A stretch of DNA of 64,000 bases from Rhodothermales bacterium (GTDB lineage: Bacteria; Bacteroidota; Rhodothermia; Rhodothermales; DATKEJ01). Both the position numbers and the translations under genes were made by a program. The number at the start of each line of letters is the position of its first letter. Position 1 is the first letter of the stretch. The stretch lies in NCBI GenBank assembly GCA_965250215.1, contig CBDFNN010000004.1:4443403-4507402 (forward strand), read 5' to 3'. This document shows, in pieces, positions 47,961 to 57,035 of the stretch. The notes beneath the pieces are model-generated. The model did not search any database and was not told the DNA's origin. It saw nothing but the letters and a program-made list of their open reading frames with translations.

Positions 47961-47978
47961 AACACATCACCGATCACT
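47873..47978 (+). repeat. hairpin element, repeat family D, copy 2
   Basis: GTGATGAGTgatgggtattggg ... ACTCATCACccataacacatcaccgatcac. Same stem as copy 1, and the loop begins gatgggtat. Confidence 0.7.
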
Positions 47979-48034
47979 CTTTCTCATTATCCAATAAATA
48001 CGAAGGCCGGCAGCATTTGAACATTATGGTATAT

Positions 48035-49297
48035 TTACAAATTTAATTCCGCGAGCTTGTCTTCTATCGATTCCAATCGGTCATCTCTTTGTGTCCTAGC
48101 TAATTCAATGGCAGTTTCATAAGCTGCCACGGCGTCTTGCGTCTTCCCGGATGTAACACGCGCAAGCGCAAGACCTTCGTAGATACTTATCGAGTTTGGA
48201 TGAAAGGCATTAACACTTTCGTAGATCTCAAGGGCTTCATCAGCTCTACCGTTTTTCAGATACCATTCTGCGAAGCCTAGAACAAGACCAAGATTTAGAT
48301 TTTCGTAGTTGCTATTCAAAGCCGGCATTAATTCCTCAAACAAGGCGAAATCATCGGCTCTTTGGGCCGCCAAGATCAAGGAAAAGGCATTTGGAACATG
48401 AGGAGATCCTCCATAGCTATTTGCACGCTCTGTATAATGTTGCCGTAGAAAACCGATACCTCCCTGCCCTTTGAGACTTTCAGTGTTCGGGAAAGAAAGT
48501 TCTTCTGCTTTGTAGTCCGCATAAACCGTCATTAGGCCCGTACGCCACAACCTATAAACAGATATTCCAATTCCGTCTTGTATGTCCGGTTGAAGCATCT
48601 TGAATTCCCAATTCAAGTTTTTGGGAGCAACATTTGTCAATAGAGAATCCAAATCTTGGGCTGCTTCCCTAACCGATCGTTCATTATCCAAAACACCGAA
48701 GTAGAGAGATTTACTAATTGTTGGCTGATCTATGGCCATTTGTTCAAGGGCCCAAAGCTCTATTGTGCTCACGTCATAGCCCTGCAAATATGGACTGGCA
48801 GGAATGTAGTTTTTGAATAAATGAGGCCGATTGGCTAGGGCATGGAAAATAAATCCAGAAGTATAATGCCACCCCATAATCGTTCTGTCCTCATGCGTCC
48901 TAAACTTGCCTTCGACAAAAGGAAAAAGAATCTCCTCCATAAAATCCAGAAACAAATCAGCTTGCTTGGTCCCAAAAGCGAAATAAGCATTCGATTCATT
49001 CGAGACACCCACAATGATCGCAGCGGGCATATCGCCAAACTCCACGATTCGCTGAAAGCCTCCAACGGCAAATTTGAAATAAAAGTCACCGTGCAAGACA
49101 TAGACTACGGGATAGCGATCATTTGATGTGTCGTAGTCGTCCGGTAGCGAGACTTGGACATCCCATTGTCCACTTATTGTAATCGGTTCAAAATGATAGG
49201 TCTTGCCGATCACAACATCTTCTCCTTCTAGTTCTTGGGCAATGCCCGTCTGCACTAAAGCAGCCAGCAAGAGAAGGCCCAGTCCTATTTTTTTCAT
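48035..49297 (-). CDS. secreted esterase (putative-esterase family alpha/beta hydrolase) with C-terminal TPR repeats
   Basis: Signal peptide MKKIGLGLLLLAALVQTGIAQ and a VYVLHGD esterase-type core. The C-terminal repeats are TPR-like. Confidence 0.6.
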   Translation of the reverse strand: MKKIGLGLLLLAALVQTGIAQELEGEDVVIGKTYHFEPITISGQWDVQVSLPDDYDTSNDRYPVVYVLHGDFYFKFAVGGFQRIVEFGDMPAAIIVGVSNESNAYFAFGTKQADLFLDFMEEILFPFVEGKFRTHEDRTIMGWHYTSGFIFHALANRPHLFKNYIPASPYLQGYDVSTIELWALEQMAIDQPTISKSLYFGVLDNERSVREAAQDLDSLLTNVAPKNLNWEFKMLQPDIQDGIGISVYRLWRTGLMTVYADYKAEELSFPNTESLKGQGGIGFLRQHYTERANSYGGSPHVPNAFSLILAAQRADDFALFEELMPALNSNYENLNLGLVLGFAEWYLKNGRADEALEIYESVNAFHPNSISIYEGLALARVTSGKTQDAVAAYETAIELARTQRDDRLESIEDKLAELNL

Positions 49298-49418
49298 AAT
49301 CTAAATAATGAAGTTTTTGACATAACGAAGCTTCTTTCGGAATGACTCCAGCTTCCAAATTAGATTTTGGCTGGTGCCGCCCCGGATTTTTTTCCGACGA
49401 GGGACCACATCCCATCTA

Positions 49419-49700
49419 CTAAATCATAAAAGTATACGCTACCAGCATCTCGTCGGCGTAATCGTTCCGAGATGCACCAACAGCCAAGAGATTCCCATCA
49501 GAGGATAGGGACACCGAAGTACCGGATACGTCACCCGCCGCTTCCCCTTCTATATCTGCACCTACCTGAGTCCATGTTCCTCCTACAAAACCGTAAATGT
49601 GAACATGACCAGCTCTACCCCCAGAGCCGTCAACTTTCAGCACCTCATTGAGACTTAGGGGACAGCAAGCAGCCAGTAGCCAGCAATAATTCTCCGTCAA
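49419..49700 (-). pseudogene. remnant of an FG-GAP/beta-propeller repeat protein
   Basis: A ~60-aa fragment, GHVHIYGFVGGTWTQVGADIEGEAAGDVSGTSVSLSSDGNLLAVGASRND, typical of FG-GAP blades. No N- or C-terminal context. Confidence 0.35.
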
Positions 49701-49769
49701 TCCACAGATATCGCGTCGGCCTTATCCATTTTCGCACTATTCTAGCTCATCACCAATTGACAATTTAAC

Positions 49770-50492
49770 GTGGCATTCTATACACCACAGGCTGGAAGTC
49801 AAATTCCTCAAAAAGGAGGCTCAGCCCGCAGATTCTTTGGACGAAATTTCCTCAGGTTATGGGGATGGAAAATCGAAGGCCAATTGCCGAACGTTCCAAA
49901 GCTTGTTCACATCGTCGGACCTCACACATCGAATTGGGACTTCCCAGTAGGCGTTTTCGCCCGCATGGCCATGGGTCTCGATATGAAGTTCATGGCCAAG
50001 GAAGCTTTGTTTACCGGAGTCACGGGCGTCATCATGCGACGCATGGGAGGAATACCTGTAAGCCTACAAAGGGGACTTGGTGAAACCGATAGAATGGCTG
50101 AGGTCATTAAAAGTAGCGAGAAGTACATCCTCACTATCACTCCTGAAGGATCACGCTTTATTCGGACGACCTGGAGAACGGGCTTCTATTTTATCGCGCA
50201 CAAATCTGACATACCCATCCTTCCAGTATTCTTCGATTTCAAAAATAAAATTGTCGGCTACGGGCCTCACTTTGAAGCCAGTGGCGACTTCAATACCGAC
50301 ATGAAAATCGTGAACGATTTCTATAGCGGAATAAACGCCAAAATCCCACACAAATTTAGACTCCACCAAACCATACATCCAATCACCAATCCGGATCTTC
50401 CTGATCTACTTCCCGATTTTTCAAGAGAGGACTGGGAGCCGAACGAGGAGAATGCTACTGGGATGATAGCGGAAGAGGCAGAATCCAGATAG
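49770..50492 (+). CDS. lysophospholipid acyltransferase family protein, paralog of 2912..3535
   Basis: HxxxxD motif (GPHTSNWDF). Shared blocks with the paralog are PNVPK..I..V.PHTSNWDF, ITPEGTRS/GSR and TGFYF(M/I)A. Confidence 0.7.
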   Translation: MAFYTPQAGSQIPQKGGSARRFFGRNFLRLWGWKIEGQLPNVPKLVHIVGPHTSNWDFPVGVFARMAMGLDMKFMAKEALFTGVTGVIMRRMGGIPVSLQRGLGETDRMAEVIKSSEKYILTITPEGSRFIRTTWRTGFYFIAHKSDIPILPVFFDFKNKIVGYGPHFEASGDFNTDMKIVNDFYSGINAKIPHKFRLHQTIHPITNPDLPDLLPDFSREDWEPNEENATGMIAEEAESR

Positions 50493-50494
50493 GC

Positions 50495-50640
50495 TCGGTG
50501 TTGCGTGCTCCGAAACTGGTGGCGGGTTGCGGTTTGCGGAAAGAGCTTTAGCCTGTGGCCAATACAGAAGCGGAGTTCAATTTCTGAAGGCTGACGACTG
50601 AATTCTGAAGACTGAAAGCTGATTCCTGACGACTGCTTTC
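50495..50640 (+). repeat. composite repeat cluster: family B copy (50495..50545) followed by family A copies (50579..50640)
   Basis: The B copy is ggtgttgcgtgctccgaaactggtggcgggttgcggtttgcgg. The A copies are tctgaaggctgacgactgaattctgaagactgaaagctgattcctgacgactg. Confidence 0.8.
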
Positions 50641-50689
50641 CGAAACCCGAGGCAATACGACACCGTATCTGACGTTATAAACGTGAAGT

Positions 50690-51928
50690 ATGAAACTCGT
50701 AACTATGACGATCAGATATGTACTTGGACTGAGCTTGTTGATAAGCTTGGGATGCCAATCTCCCGCCAATTCTCAACAGGCCAGCAATCAAGAAGTAGAT
50801 TCGCCAGGAATTCAGAACATCTCGGACCGAGCCCAAACGAGGGATCGCGACTTGGCTCTTGCACAAATTGCCAATAGTCGATCAACAGCTATCACTCAGG
50901 CCGTTAATCACGTTTCCCCAGCCGTCGTAAGTGTCACCTTGACCGGAACAGAGCGCGTCGCCTACCGAGACAATTTTATGGATATCTGGTCTCAGTTCAT
51001 GGGCCAGCGTCCTAGGACTCAATATGCCGATCGTCAGGTAAATAGCCTTGGTTCCGGATTCCTAATTTCCAACGACGGCTATATCGTGACAAACGATCAC
51101 GTGATTGGACCGAAAAGACGTCAAGGTGTGGTTGATTCCGACATAGAAATAATTGTCTCCTTTTCTGACGGCAGTAAACTGAATGCTGAATTGGTCGGAT
51201 CTGACCCCGTGAGCGACATCGCACTCTTGAAGGTTAGCTCCGAGGAAATTCTTGACTACATAAATTTCGATACCTCCGAGAGCGTTCTCGTTGGCGAATG
51301 GGCCATAGCACTGGGCAGTCCTTACGGACTATTCCAAGCTTCTGAGCCAACCGTTACCGTGGGAGTTGTCAGTGGATATGGTAGAGATTTCGATCCACAA
51401 GATGGCCGGCTCTATCGTGATATGATCCAGACAGATGCGGCTATTAATCCAGGAAATTCTGGCGGACCTTTGGTAAATGCCATCGGCGATGTCATCGGCG
51501 TAAACTCTTTTATCTATTCCAGAGCGGGCGGATCTGACGGAGTGGGCTTTGCTGTCCCGGCTTACACCGTTACGGAGATCGTTACGGAGCTAAAGGAGAA
51601 TGGATTTATCGACCGAGCGCAGGCCAGCGATCTCGGAATTCAAGCGCGAGATCTTTCCACAATTAGAAATAGACGAGTCTTCGATCGCCTGAAGCTGACT
51701 GACACCCGAGGAATTATTGTCACAGAAGTTAGAGAGGATACTCCTGCAGAAAGGTCAGGTATCGAACTCTATGACGTCATTCGAGCGGTTGGCGATCAAG
51801 AGATTAGATCCGGAGCAGACTATCAGACATTTCTATCGGAATTCCGACACGGCGAGACGGTACCTCTCACCGTGATTCGAGAAGGAGAAGAGAGGATTAT
51901 TGAAGTCGCTATTGACAATACGCCTTAG
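50690..51928 (+). CDS. HtrA/DegP-family periplasmic serine protease with C-terminal PDZ domain
   Basis: Catalytic triad contexts TNDHVI, DIALLKV and GNSGGPLVN. Lipoprotein-type signal. Confidence 0.85.
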   Translation: MKLVTMTIRYVLGLSLLISLGCQSPANSQQASNQEVDSPGIQNISDRAQTRDRDLALAQIANSRSTAITQAVNHVSPAVVSVTLTGTERVAYRDNFMDIWSQFMGQRPRTQYADRQVNSLGSGFLISNDGYIVTNDHVIGPKRRQGVVDSDIEIIVSFSDGSKLNAELVGSDPVSDIALLKVSSEEILDYINFDTSESVLVGEWAIALGSPYGLFQASEPTVTVGVVSGYGRDFDPQDGRLYRDMIQTDAAINPGNSGGPLVNAIGDVIGVNSFIYSRAGGSDGVGFAVPAYTVTEIVTELKENGFIDRAQASDLGIQARDLSTIRNRRVFDRLKLTDTRGIIVTEVREDTPAERSGIELYDVIRAVGDQEIRSGADYQTFLSEFRHGETVPLTVIREGEERIIEVAIDNTP

Positions 51929-52019
51929 ATTGCCCGTCCAAGCGATTTTCCAATAAGCCTATCAAATTTTACGTGCTCTCCAGCTTTCGAAATTTTTTAC
52001 TGCTCAACACCCCTACTCT

Positions 52020-52134
52020 AGACTCCTCGACCTCCCCTGTGCCCCTGTTCTCCCGTGCCCCTATTCCCCCGAGCCCCCGTGCCCCTGAGCTCCTCAGCCC
52101 CCGTGCCCCTGAGCCCCCGAGCTCCCGAGCCCCC
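52020..52134 (+). repeat. tandem mini-repeat array (CCCGTGCCCCTGAGC-like, ~15-21 bp units)
   Basis: ctcccgtgcccctattcccccgagcccccgtgcccctgagctcctcagcccccgtgcccctgagcccccgagctcccgagcccccgtgcccc. Both strands give artefactual ORFs (SPRAPE / GARGL). Confidence 0.8.
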
Positions 52135-53187
52135 GTGCCCCTGAGCCCCTTTCTTCTCCTCCTTCTTTTTACCCAAGCCTGTCTCCCAGGCAGCCCCTCT
52201 GAACCGAAAGCACTATTCCCAGCCGACTCTCTTTCCAGAAGCATCGCCGAATCCTTACCGGTTGAGGGCATGGAGCTTCTATGGGAAAAAACTCGAGAAT
52301 CTGATGCATTTGGTCATCTTAGTGCAGTTCGATTTACAGAGTCTAAAATATTCCTCAGCGATCTAGAAAATGGAAGGGTTCTGAGCTACAATTTGGATGG
52401 CGATCTGGAAGACTTCGAACTGGATCAACCGCTGAGTTTTCCTTATCTCCTACAGGCAAAATCAGATAGTCTTGTAATCTTCAATGCTGGAAATCCATCC
52501 ATAGACTGGTACATAAAAGGCGAGCATTCACGGACAACGAGCCTACCTGCATTCGGCGAGGGCAAGTCACTCACCTACTTCCCTTCCGTGTACCGAGATA
52601 AGATCTTCCTCAAAACCCAGCCAGAGAAAGGGCAATCGGAGTTATATCAACTCGACCAGGTCAGCGGAGAGATCGAAGACAGTACGATGCTAGCTGGACC
52701 CTCTTGGATTCATAAGGGCTTTCTCAGATCAAATGATAGCGAGCTCCTTAGCATCTCCTCCTACTATCCCAACATTTATTTGGCCGGAACTGGATTGAGC
52801 CAGGACTCACTCAGACTTCAAGGCTTTGACACTCCCATGCTGGCGCGAATGAGAAACAAAGCGATTGGCGAAGGTGATGAAGCACCTTTGATAATTTCCT
52901 CAGCGGTGCTCAAGGATTCTCTCTTCTTCGTCACCAACCTAAGACCCGGTTGGGCTCGGGTGGATGTCTATGACAGGAAGGGTCTTCTCCAAAACATTCT
53001 TGAAGAGGAGTTACCTCCTGCCCCTACAGACTATAACACTCTTGATATAGACGTTATGAGAGATGGTGACGACTATTTGATAGCTCTGATAGCTGTCAAG
53101 CAAGTCCACAAGACTATCTCTATAGAGTATCACGCCAAGCTCAGTCTTTTTCGCTGGAATAGAAGAATGCTTGCTAATTCCAAATAA
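52135..53187 (+). CDS. hypothetical lipoprotein, probably beta-propeller-like
   Basis: An in-frame GTG at 52135 gives MPLSPFLLLLLFTQAC, a canonical lipoprotein signal. The upstream part of ORF 51973 is repeat-derived. Confidence 0.5.
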   Translation: MPLSPFLLLLLFTQACLPGSPSEPKALFPADSLSRSIAESLPVEGMELLWEKTRESDAFGHLSAVRFTESKIFLSDLENGRVLSYNLDGDLEDFELDQPLSFPYLLQAKSDSLVIFNAGNPSIDWYIKGEHSRTTSLPAFGEGKSLTYFPSVYRDKIFLKTQPEKGQSELYQLDQVSGEIEDSTMLAGPSWIHKGFLRSNDSELLSISSYYPNIYLAGTGLSQDSLRLQGFDTPMLARMRNKAIGEGDEAPLIISSAVLKDSLFFVTNLRPGWARVDVYDRKGLLQNILEEELPPAPTDYNTLDIDVMRDGDDYLIALIAVKQVHKTISIEYHAKLSLFRWNRRMLANSK

Positions 53188-53466
53188 TTGTAGAGACCAG
53201 AGAAGGTGAGATTTTTTCTCTTGGACCATAATATTTGGGATTCTGCCAAGGTGAGGCCGCTCGAAAAAGACGTCGGTGCTGCTGCGAGGCACTTGTCTTC
53301 ATTTGGAGGAAACTTGGACACAAGAGAGAATCCTAACCAACATGGAATATTGCCCGAGCTACTAGCGCTGACACACTACTCGCAACCCGCAACCCGAAAC
53401 TTATTACCCAACTTTGTCTTGGCTCTAATGTCTATTTTCAAATCCATCTAATACCCATTTCGCTGC

Positions 53467-54972
53467 ATGTCAAAACGACTTTTGTCAATCAAAACCCTTG
53501 GAGAATTGAGGGAAGCGGGATATCAGGTCCGTAGTGTAAAGGACGAATTGCGAGAGAATCTGATTGCACGACTCGATAGTGGAAAGCCGATCTTTCAGAA
53601 TATTATTGGCTTTGATGACACTGTTATTCCAGCCGTAGAAAGGGCTCTCCTATCCAAGCATAATTTCATCCTATTGGGCCTTCGCGGACAAGCAAAGAGC
53701 CGGATGATTAGAATGCTTCCGGAACTACTGGACGAATATATCCCATACATTGGAGGCACAGATCTCAACGAAAACCCATTCAACCCTGTCACTAAAATGG
53801 GAAAGGAGTTGGTCGACTCTAGAGGAGACGATACGCCTATATCTTGGTTGCCTAGCTCGGAACGCTTTGGAGAGAAGTTGGCTACTCCAGATACATCAAT
53901 GGCAGATCTAATCGGCGACATTGATCCGATAAAAGCAGCTACTAGAAAGCTGACCTACGCCGATGAAGAAGTCATCCACTTTGGCATCATCCCCCGCATC
54001 AATCGTGGTATTTTCGCGATTAACGAATTGCCAGATTTGCAACCTCGAATCCAAGTCGGTCTTTTGAACATAATGGAGGAAAGCGATGTTCAGATCAGAG
54101 GATTCAACATTCGCATCCCGCTCGACATCCTCATGGTTTTTACAGCCAATCCAGAAGACTACACAAATAGAGGAAGCATAATTACTCCTCTCAAAGACAG
54201 AATCGATAGCCAAATTCTTACACACTATCCTAAGACCTTGGATCTCGGAATTCAAATTACAGACCAGGAGGCATGGCAAGAAAGGGGAAGTAGCGTCAAT
54301 GTGAATCTGCCTCACTTTTTCAGGGAGATAATCGAACAAATAGCAATCGAGGCTCGAGCAAGCGAATACATCGATCAGAAATCTGGAGTCTCTGTAAGAC
54401 TGACCCGATCCGCTCTAGAAAATCTCATCAGCGCAGCCGAACATCGAGCACTGAAGAATCGCGAAAAAGAAACGACGGTAAGACTTAGTGATCTGACGGC
54501 TCTTGAGACCGCTATCTCCGGTAAAGTCGAGCTCGTTTACGAAGGCGAGCAAGAGGGAGTTCAAAATGTAGCACGTTCTCTGATCGGACGAGCTGTCAAG
54601 TCCATCTTCAAAAACCATTTCCCAGATCCAAGCGAGAAAGAGGAAGGAAAGAAGGCCTACAATGCCATCGTGTCTTGGTTTTCAAGAGGAAATTCTCTGG
54701 AGCTCTCCAGCGACTTGACCTTCGCCGATTACGCGAAGACACTTGACGGAATTGATGGCTTGAAAGACTTTGTTCTCAAGCACACCAAAACGGATAAAGC
54801 CCCTGAAATAGCTACAATGATGGAGTTCGTTCTTGACGCCTTGCATCAGCATTCGATGCTCGGAAAGGAATGGTATGACTCGTCTACGAGCTACAAAGAT
54901 CTAATGGGATCGATGTTTTCCTCATTCTCAGACACCAAGTTTGGAGAAGAGGACGACCTGGACTTTAACTAG
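53467..54972 (+). CDS. ChlI/BchI-like AAA+ ATPase (Mg-chelatase subunit I family) with C-terminal extension
   Basis: Walker A GLRGQAKS is collinear with ChlI GDRGTGKS. Walker B/sensor block INRGIFAINELPDL is present, and ANPEDY aligns with ChlI GNPEE. Confidence 0.65.
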   Translation: MSKRLLSIKTLGELREAGYQVRSVKDELRENLIARLDSGKPIFQNIIGFDDTVIPAVERALLSKHNFILLGLRGQAKSRMIRMLPELLDEYIPYIGGTDLNENPFNPVTKMGKELVDSRGDDTPISWLPSSERFGEKLATPDTSMADLIGDIDPIKAATRKLTYADEEVIHFGIIPRINRGIFAINELPDLQPRIQVGLLNIMEESDVQIRGFNIRIPLDILMVFTANPEDYTNRGSIITPLKDRIDSQILTHYPKTLDLGIQITDQEAWQERGSSVNVNLPHFFREIIEQIAIEARASEYIDQKSGVSVRLTRSALENLISAAEHRALKNREKETTVRLSDLTALETAISGKVELVYEGEQEGVQNVARSLIGRAVKSIFKNHFPDPSEKEEGKKAYNAIVSWFSRGNSLELSSDLTFADYAKTLDGIDGLKDFVLKHTKTDKAPEIATMMEFVLDALHQHSMLGKEWYDSSTSYKDLMGSMFSSFSDTKFGEEDDLDFN

Positions 54973-54998
54973 AGACCGTGTTCCGTTTTCCGTGTTCA
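54971..54998 (-). repeat. repeat family C, inverted copy
   Basis: agaccgtgttccgttttccgtgttc, which is the rc of gaacacggaaaacggaacacggtct. It matches 13333..13366. Confidence 0.75.
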
Positions 54999-55110
54999 GT
55001 CTTCCGAATTCCATTGGTCGGGCAAGGCTATTCTGAAAACGAGATCCGAGATACCAAACTCGAATCTCTCCGTCAACCAGAGTCCAGCTTGGCCCTGATT
55101 TCTATTCCTG

Positions 55111-55425
55111 TCAGCAGCAAGATCTTGCTTGATCACGTCCTTTTTGAATCGGAGGACAGGGATAGTCACCGTATGAACAGAAGACGCAGCAGTCTCCTTC
55201 TTTCGGTTTAAGTATAATCTTACAACTAGGACACTCCCAGAAAAACTGACATGAATTTGTGGACATCTCCTCTGTTGACTTGTGGCCACATTCAGGACAA
55301 GTAATTTCTGACTTCAGCCTGATCTCTTTCGCATCCATTAATTCGTTCTTTTGATCCACCTCCTTGTTTACCGACTCTACAGTTATCGACGCCGCGACTT
55401 GCACACCGCTATAACAAAATTTCAT
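55111..55425 (-). CDS. small Cys-rich zinc-ribbon protein
   Basis: CPECGH...CPSCK...GDCCVFCSYGDYPCPP. Overlaps the GT2 gene end by 4 nt. The start is uncertain. Confidence 0.45.
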   Translation of the reverse strand: MKFCYSGVQVAASITVESVNKEVDQKNELMDAKEIRLKSEITCPECGHKSTEEMSTNSCQFFWECPSCKIILKPKEGDCCVFCSYGDYPCPPIQKGRDQARSCC

Positions 55426-56150
55426 TTTGTTATAGCATATTTCCCCATCGTATAGACAATCTTCAGAAAAGCCTTAACCGATCCTTTGAAGGTCCCCGTA
55501 ATCTTCGGCACGCCGATCCTTTTCCTATACCGAACTGGTACCTCTTTGTATCGCAGCCCAGCCCTAACCGCTTTGATCTGCATCTCAATAGTCCAGCCGT
55601 AATTCTCGTCGACCATGTTCAGATCCTTCAAATCCTTATATCGAATCGCGCGGAAAGGCCCAAGATCAGTAAACCTACCACCCCAAAATATCCGAAGGAT
55701 CTTGGCCGCAAGCCAGTTACCAAAAACAGAAGTCGATCCGATCGCATCATTGTCTCGGGTCTCCGTCATTCTCGTACCCAAGACAAAATCATATTCGTCA
55801 TCCAAGATGGGTTGGACGATATCTCTTATTTCCTCGGGATAGTCACTATAGTCTCCATCCAAAAAGACGACAATATCTGGCGGATTCTTGTCGACTTCTG
55901 CGATACCAGTCAAACATGCCTTACCGTATCCTTTCTGATCTTCTCGGACGGTTTTTGCGCCAGCTGCCTCGGCCACTTCGGCGGTCCTATCGATGGAGCC
56001 GTTGTCTACCACGATTACTTCGTCCACCAAATCCCTAGGAATGTCACCGACTACCAATCCGATGGATGGCTCCTCGTCAAGTGCGGGTATGATTACGCTG
56101 ATTTTCTTTTTCATACTATTTTGACTAGCAAATACACATTGCGTTACCAT
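55422..56150 (-). CDS. GT2 glycosyltransferase, polyprenol-phosphate mannose/glucose synthase (DPM1-like)
   Basis: ISVIIPALDEE, VIVVDNGSIDRT and the DGDYSD (DxD) motif. The likely start is MKKKISVII. Confidence 0.75.
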   Translation of the reverse strand: MVTQCVFASQNSMKKKISVIIPALDEEPSIGLVVGDIPRDLVDEVIVVDNGSIDRTAEVAEAAGAKTVREDQKGYGKACLTGIAEVDKNPPDIVVFLDGDYSDYPEEIRDIVQPILDDEYDFVLGTRMTETRDNDAIGSTSVFGNWLAAKILRIFWGGRFTDLGPFRAIRYKDLKDLNMVDENYGWTIEMQIKAVRAGLRYKEVPVRYRKRIGVPKITGTFKGSVKAFLKIVYTMGKYAITK

Positions 56151-56186
56151 TCCAGACTCTAGCTCCTAGTATCCATCCTCTAGTAT

Positions 56187-57035
56187 CTATTGTCGATCTA
56201 AAACATTTATGTCCGACAACACCTCCGTAGCCACAGTCCATGGCTGTTCATAGCTCATTACCGATCCAACAAATCCGAGGCCACTCGAGACATTAGATTC
56301 CAGCTGAGTTGTACCGATCCAGTCGGCGCTCTTAAATCGGACCTCAAGCTTCACCTCACGAAGAGGTATCGCAGCATTAACATAGCCGGCTTCGGCTCGA
56401 ATGTCCTCAAAGTCTCGCTCAAGTCTAACAATCACTCGCCAGCCGTGCTCAAGATTCGAAAGAAAACGATTGAAATAATCAAACTTCTTTTCAAATAGGG
56501 CCCCGTTTGGAAATGCAGTGATGTAGGTCACTGTAACTCGATCTACAACGGCATCCACTCGGGAGATATTGAGGCTTTGCTCCCAAGTACCTGCATTGGT
56601 CTCGTTAGCTGGAGTGGGAGACATGCTTGGGTCCTCCGGGATTGCAGTGGTCGCCTCTGTGTCAACGAGTCCAGCTCCACTTGCTCTCAATGTGTAGTTC
56701 GTCGCCTTTTCTGGTCGGAAATTGGCCCAATAAAGTAATGCCCTATTTCCATTAACTGTGGTCACAACAGAGTCAGACCATACCTGCTCAAGTCCGGTAT
56801 CTAGAGCTGTCGAAAAAAGGTTGGGCCTAGGTAAATCTTCCTCCAAAAACTGAGTCTCACGTCGAGGTTCAACACGCACAAATTGCGTGTCCGCTGCCGT
56901 GTCAAGAAAGCCAAAAAGCCCAAAACTGGCATCGGTCTCCGTGAAGGGTTGAATTGTATTGTCGCAAGATGCCAGCGGAATAAGCAAGAAGCAAAGAATA
57001 ATGCGAAGTCGATATTTACCAATCAGGAGAATCAA
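56187..57035 (-). CDS. DUF4249-like lipoprotein partnered with the upstream TonB-dependent receptor
   Basis: Lipobox LIPLASCDNT. 282 aa, immediately downstream of the receptor and overlapping it by 4 nt, which is the conserved Bacteroidota arrangement. Confidence 0.55.
   Translation of the reverse strand: MILLIGKYRLRIILCFLLIPLASCDNTIQPFTETDASFGLFGFLDTAADTQFVRVEPRRETQFLEEDLPRPNLFSTALDTGLEQVWSDSVVTTVNGNRALLYWANFRPEKATNYTLRASGAGLVDTEATTAIPEDPSMSPTPANETNAGTWEQSLNISRVDAVVDRVTVTYITAFPNGALFEKKFDYFNRFLSNLEHGWRVIVRLERDFEDIRAEAGYVNAAIPLREVKLEVRFKSADWIGTTQLESNVSSGLGFVGSVMSYEQPWTVATEVLSDINVLDRQ

Noticed and set aside
51969-52271. 100-aa minus-strand ORF rich in GARGL repeats
   Set aside because: It is encoded entirely by the tandem mini-repeat array. 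This is low-complexity artefactual reading on the strand opposite the lipoprotein gene.
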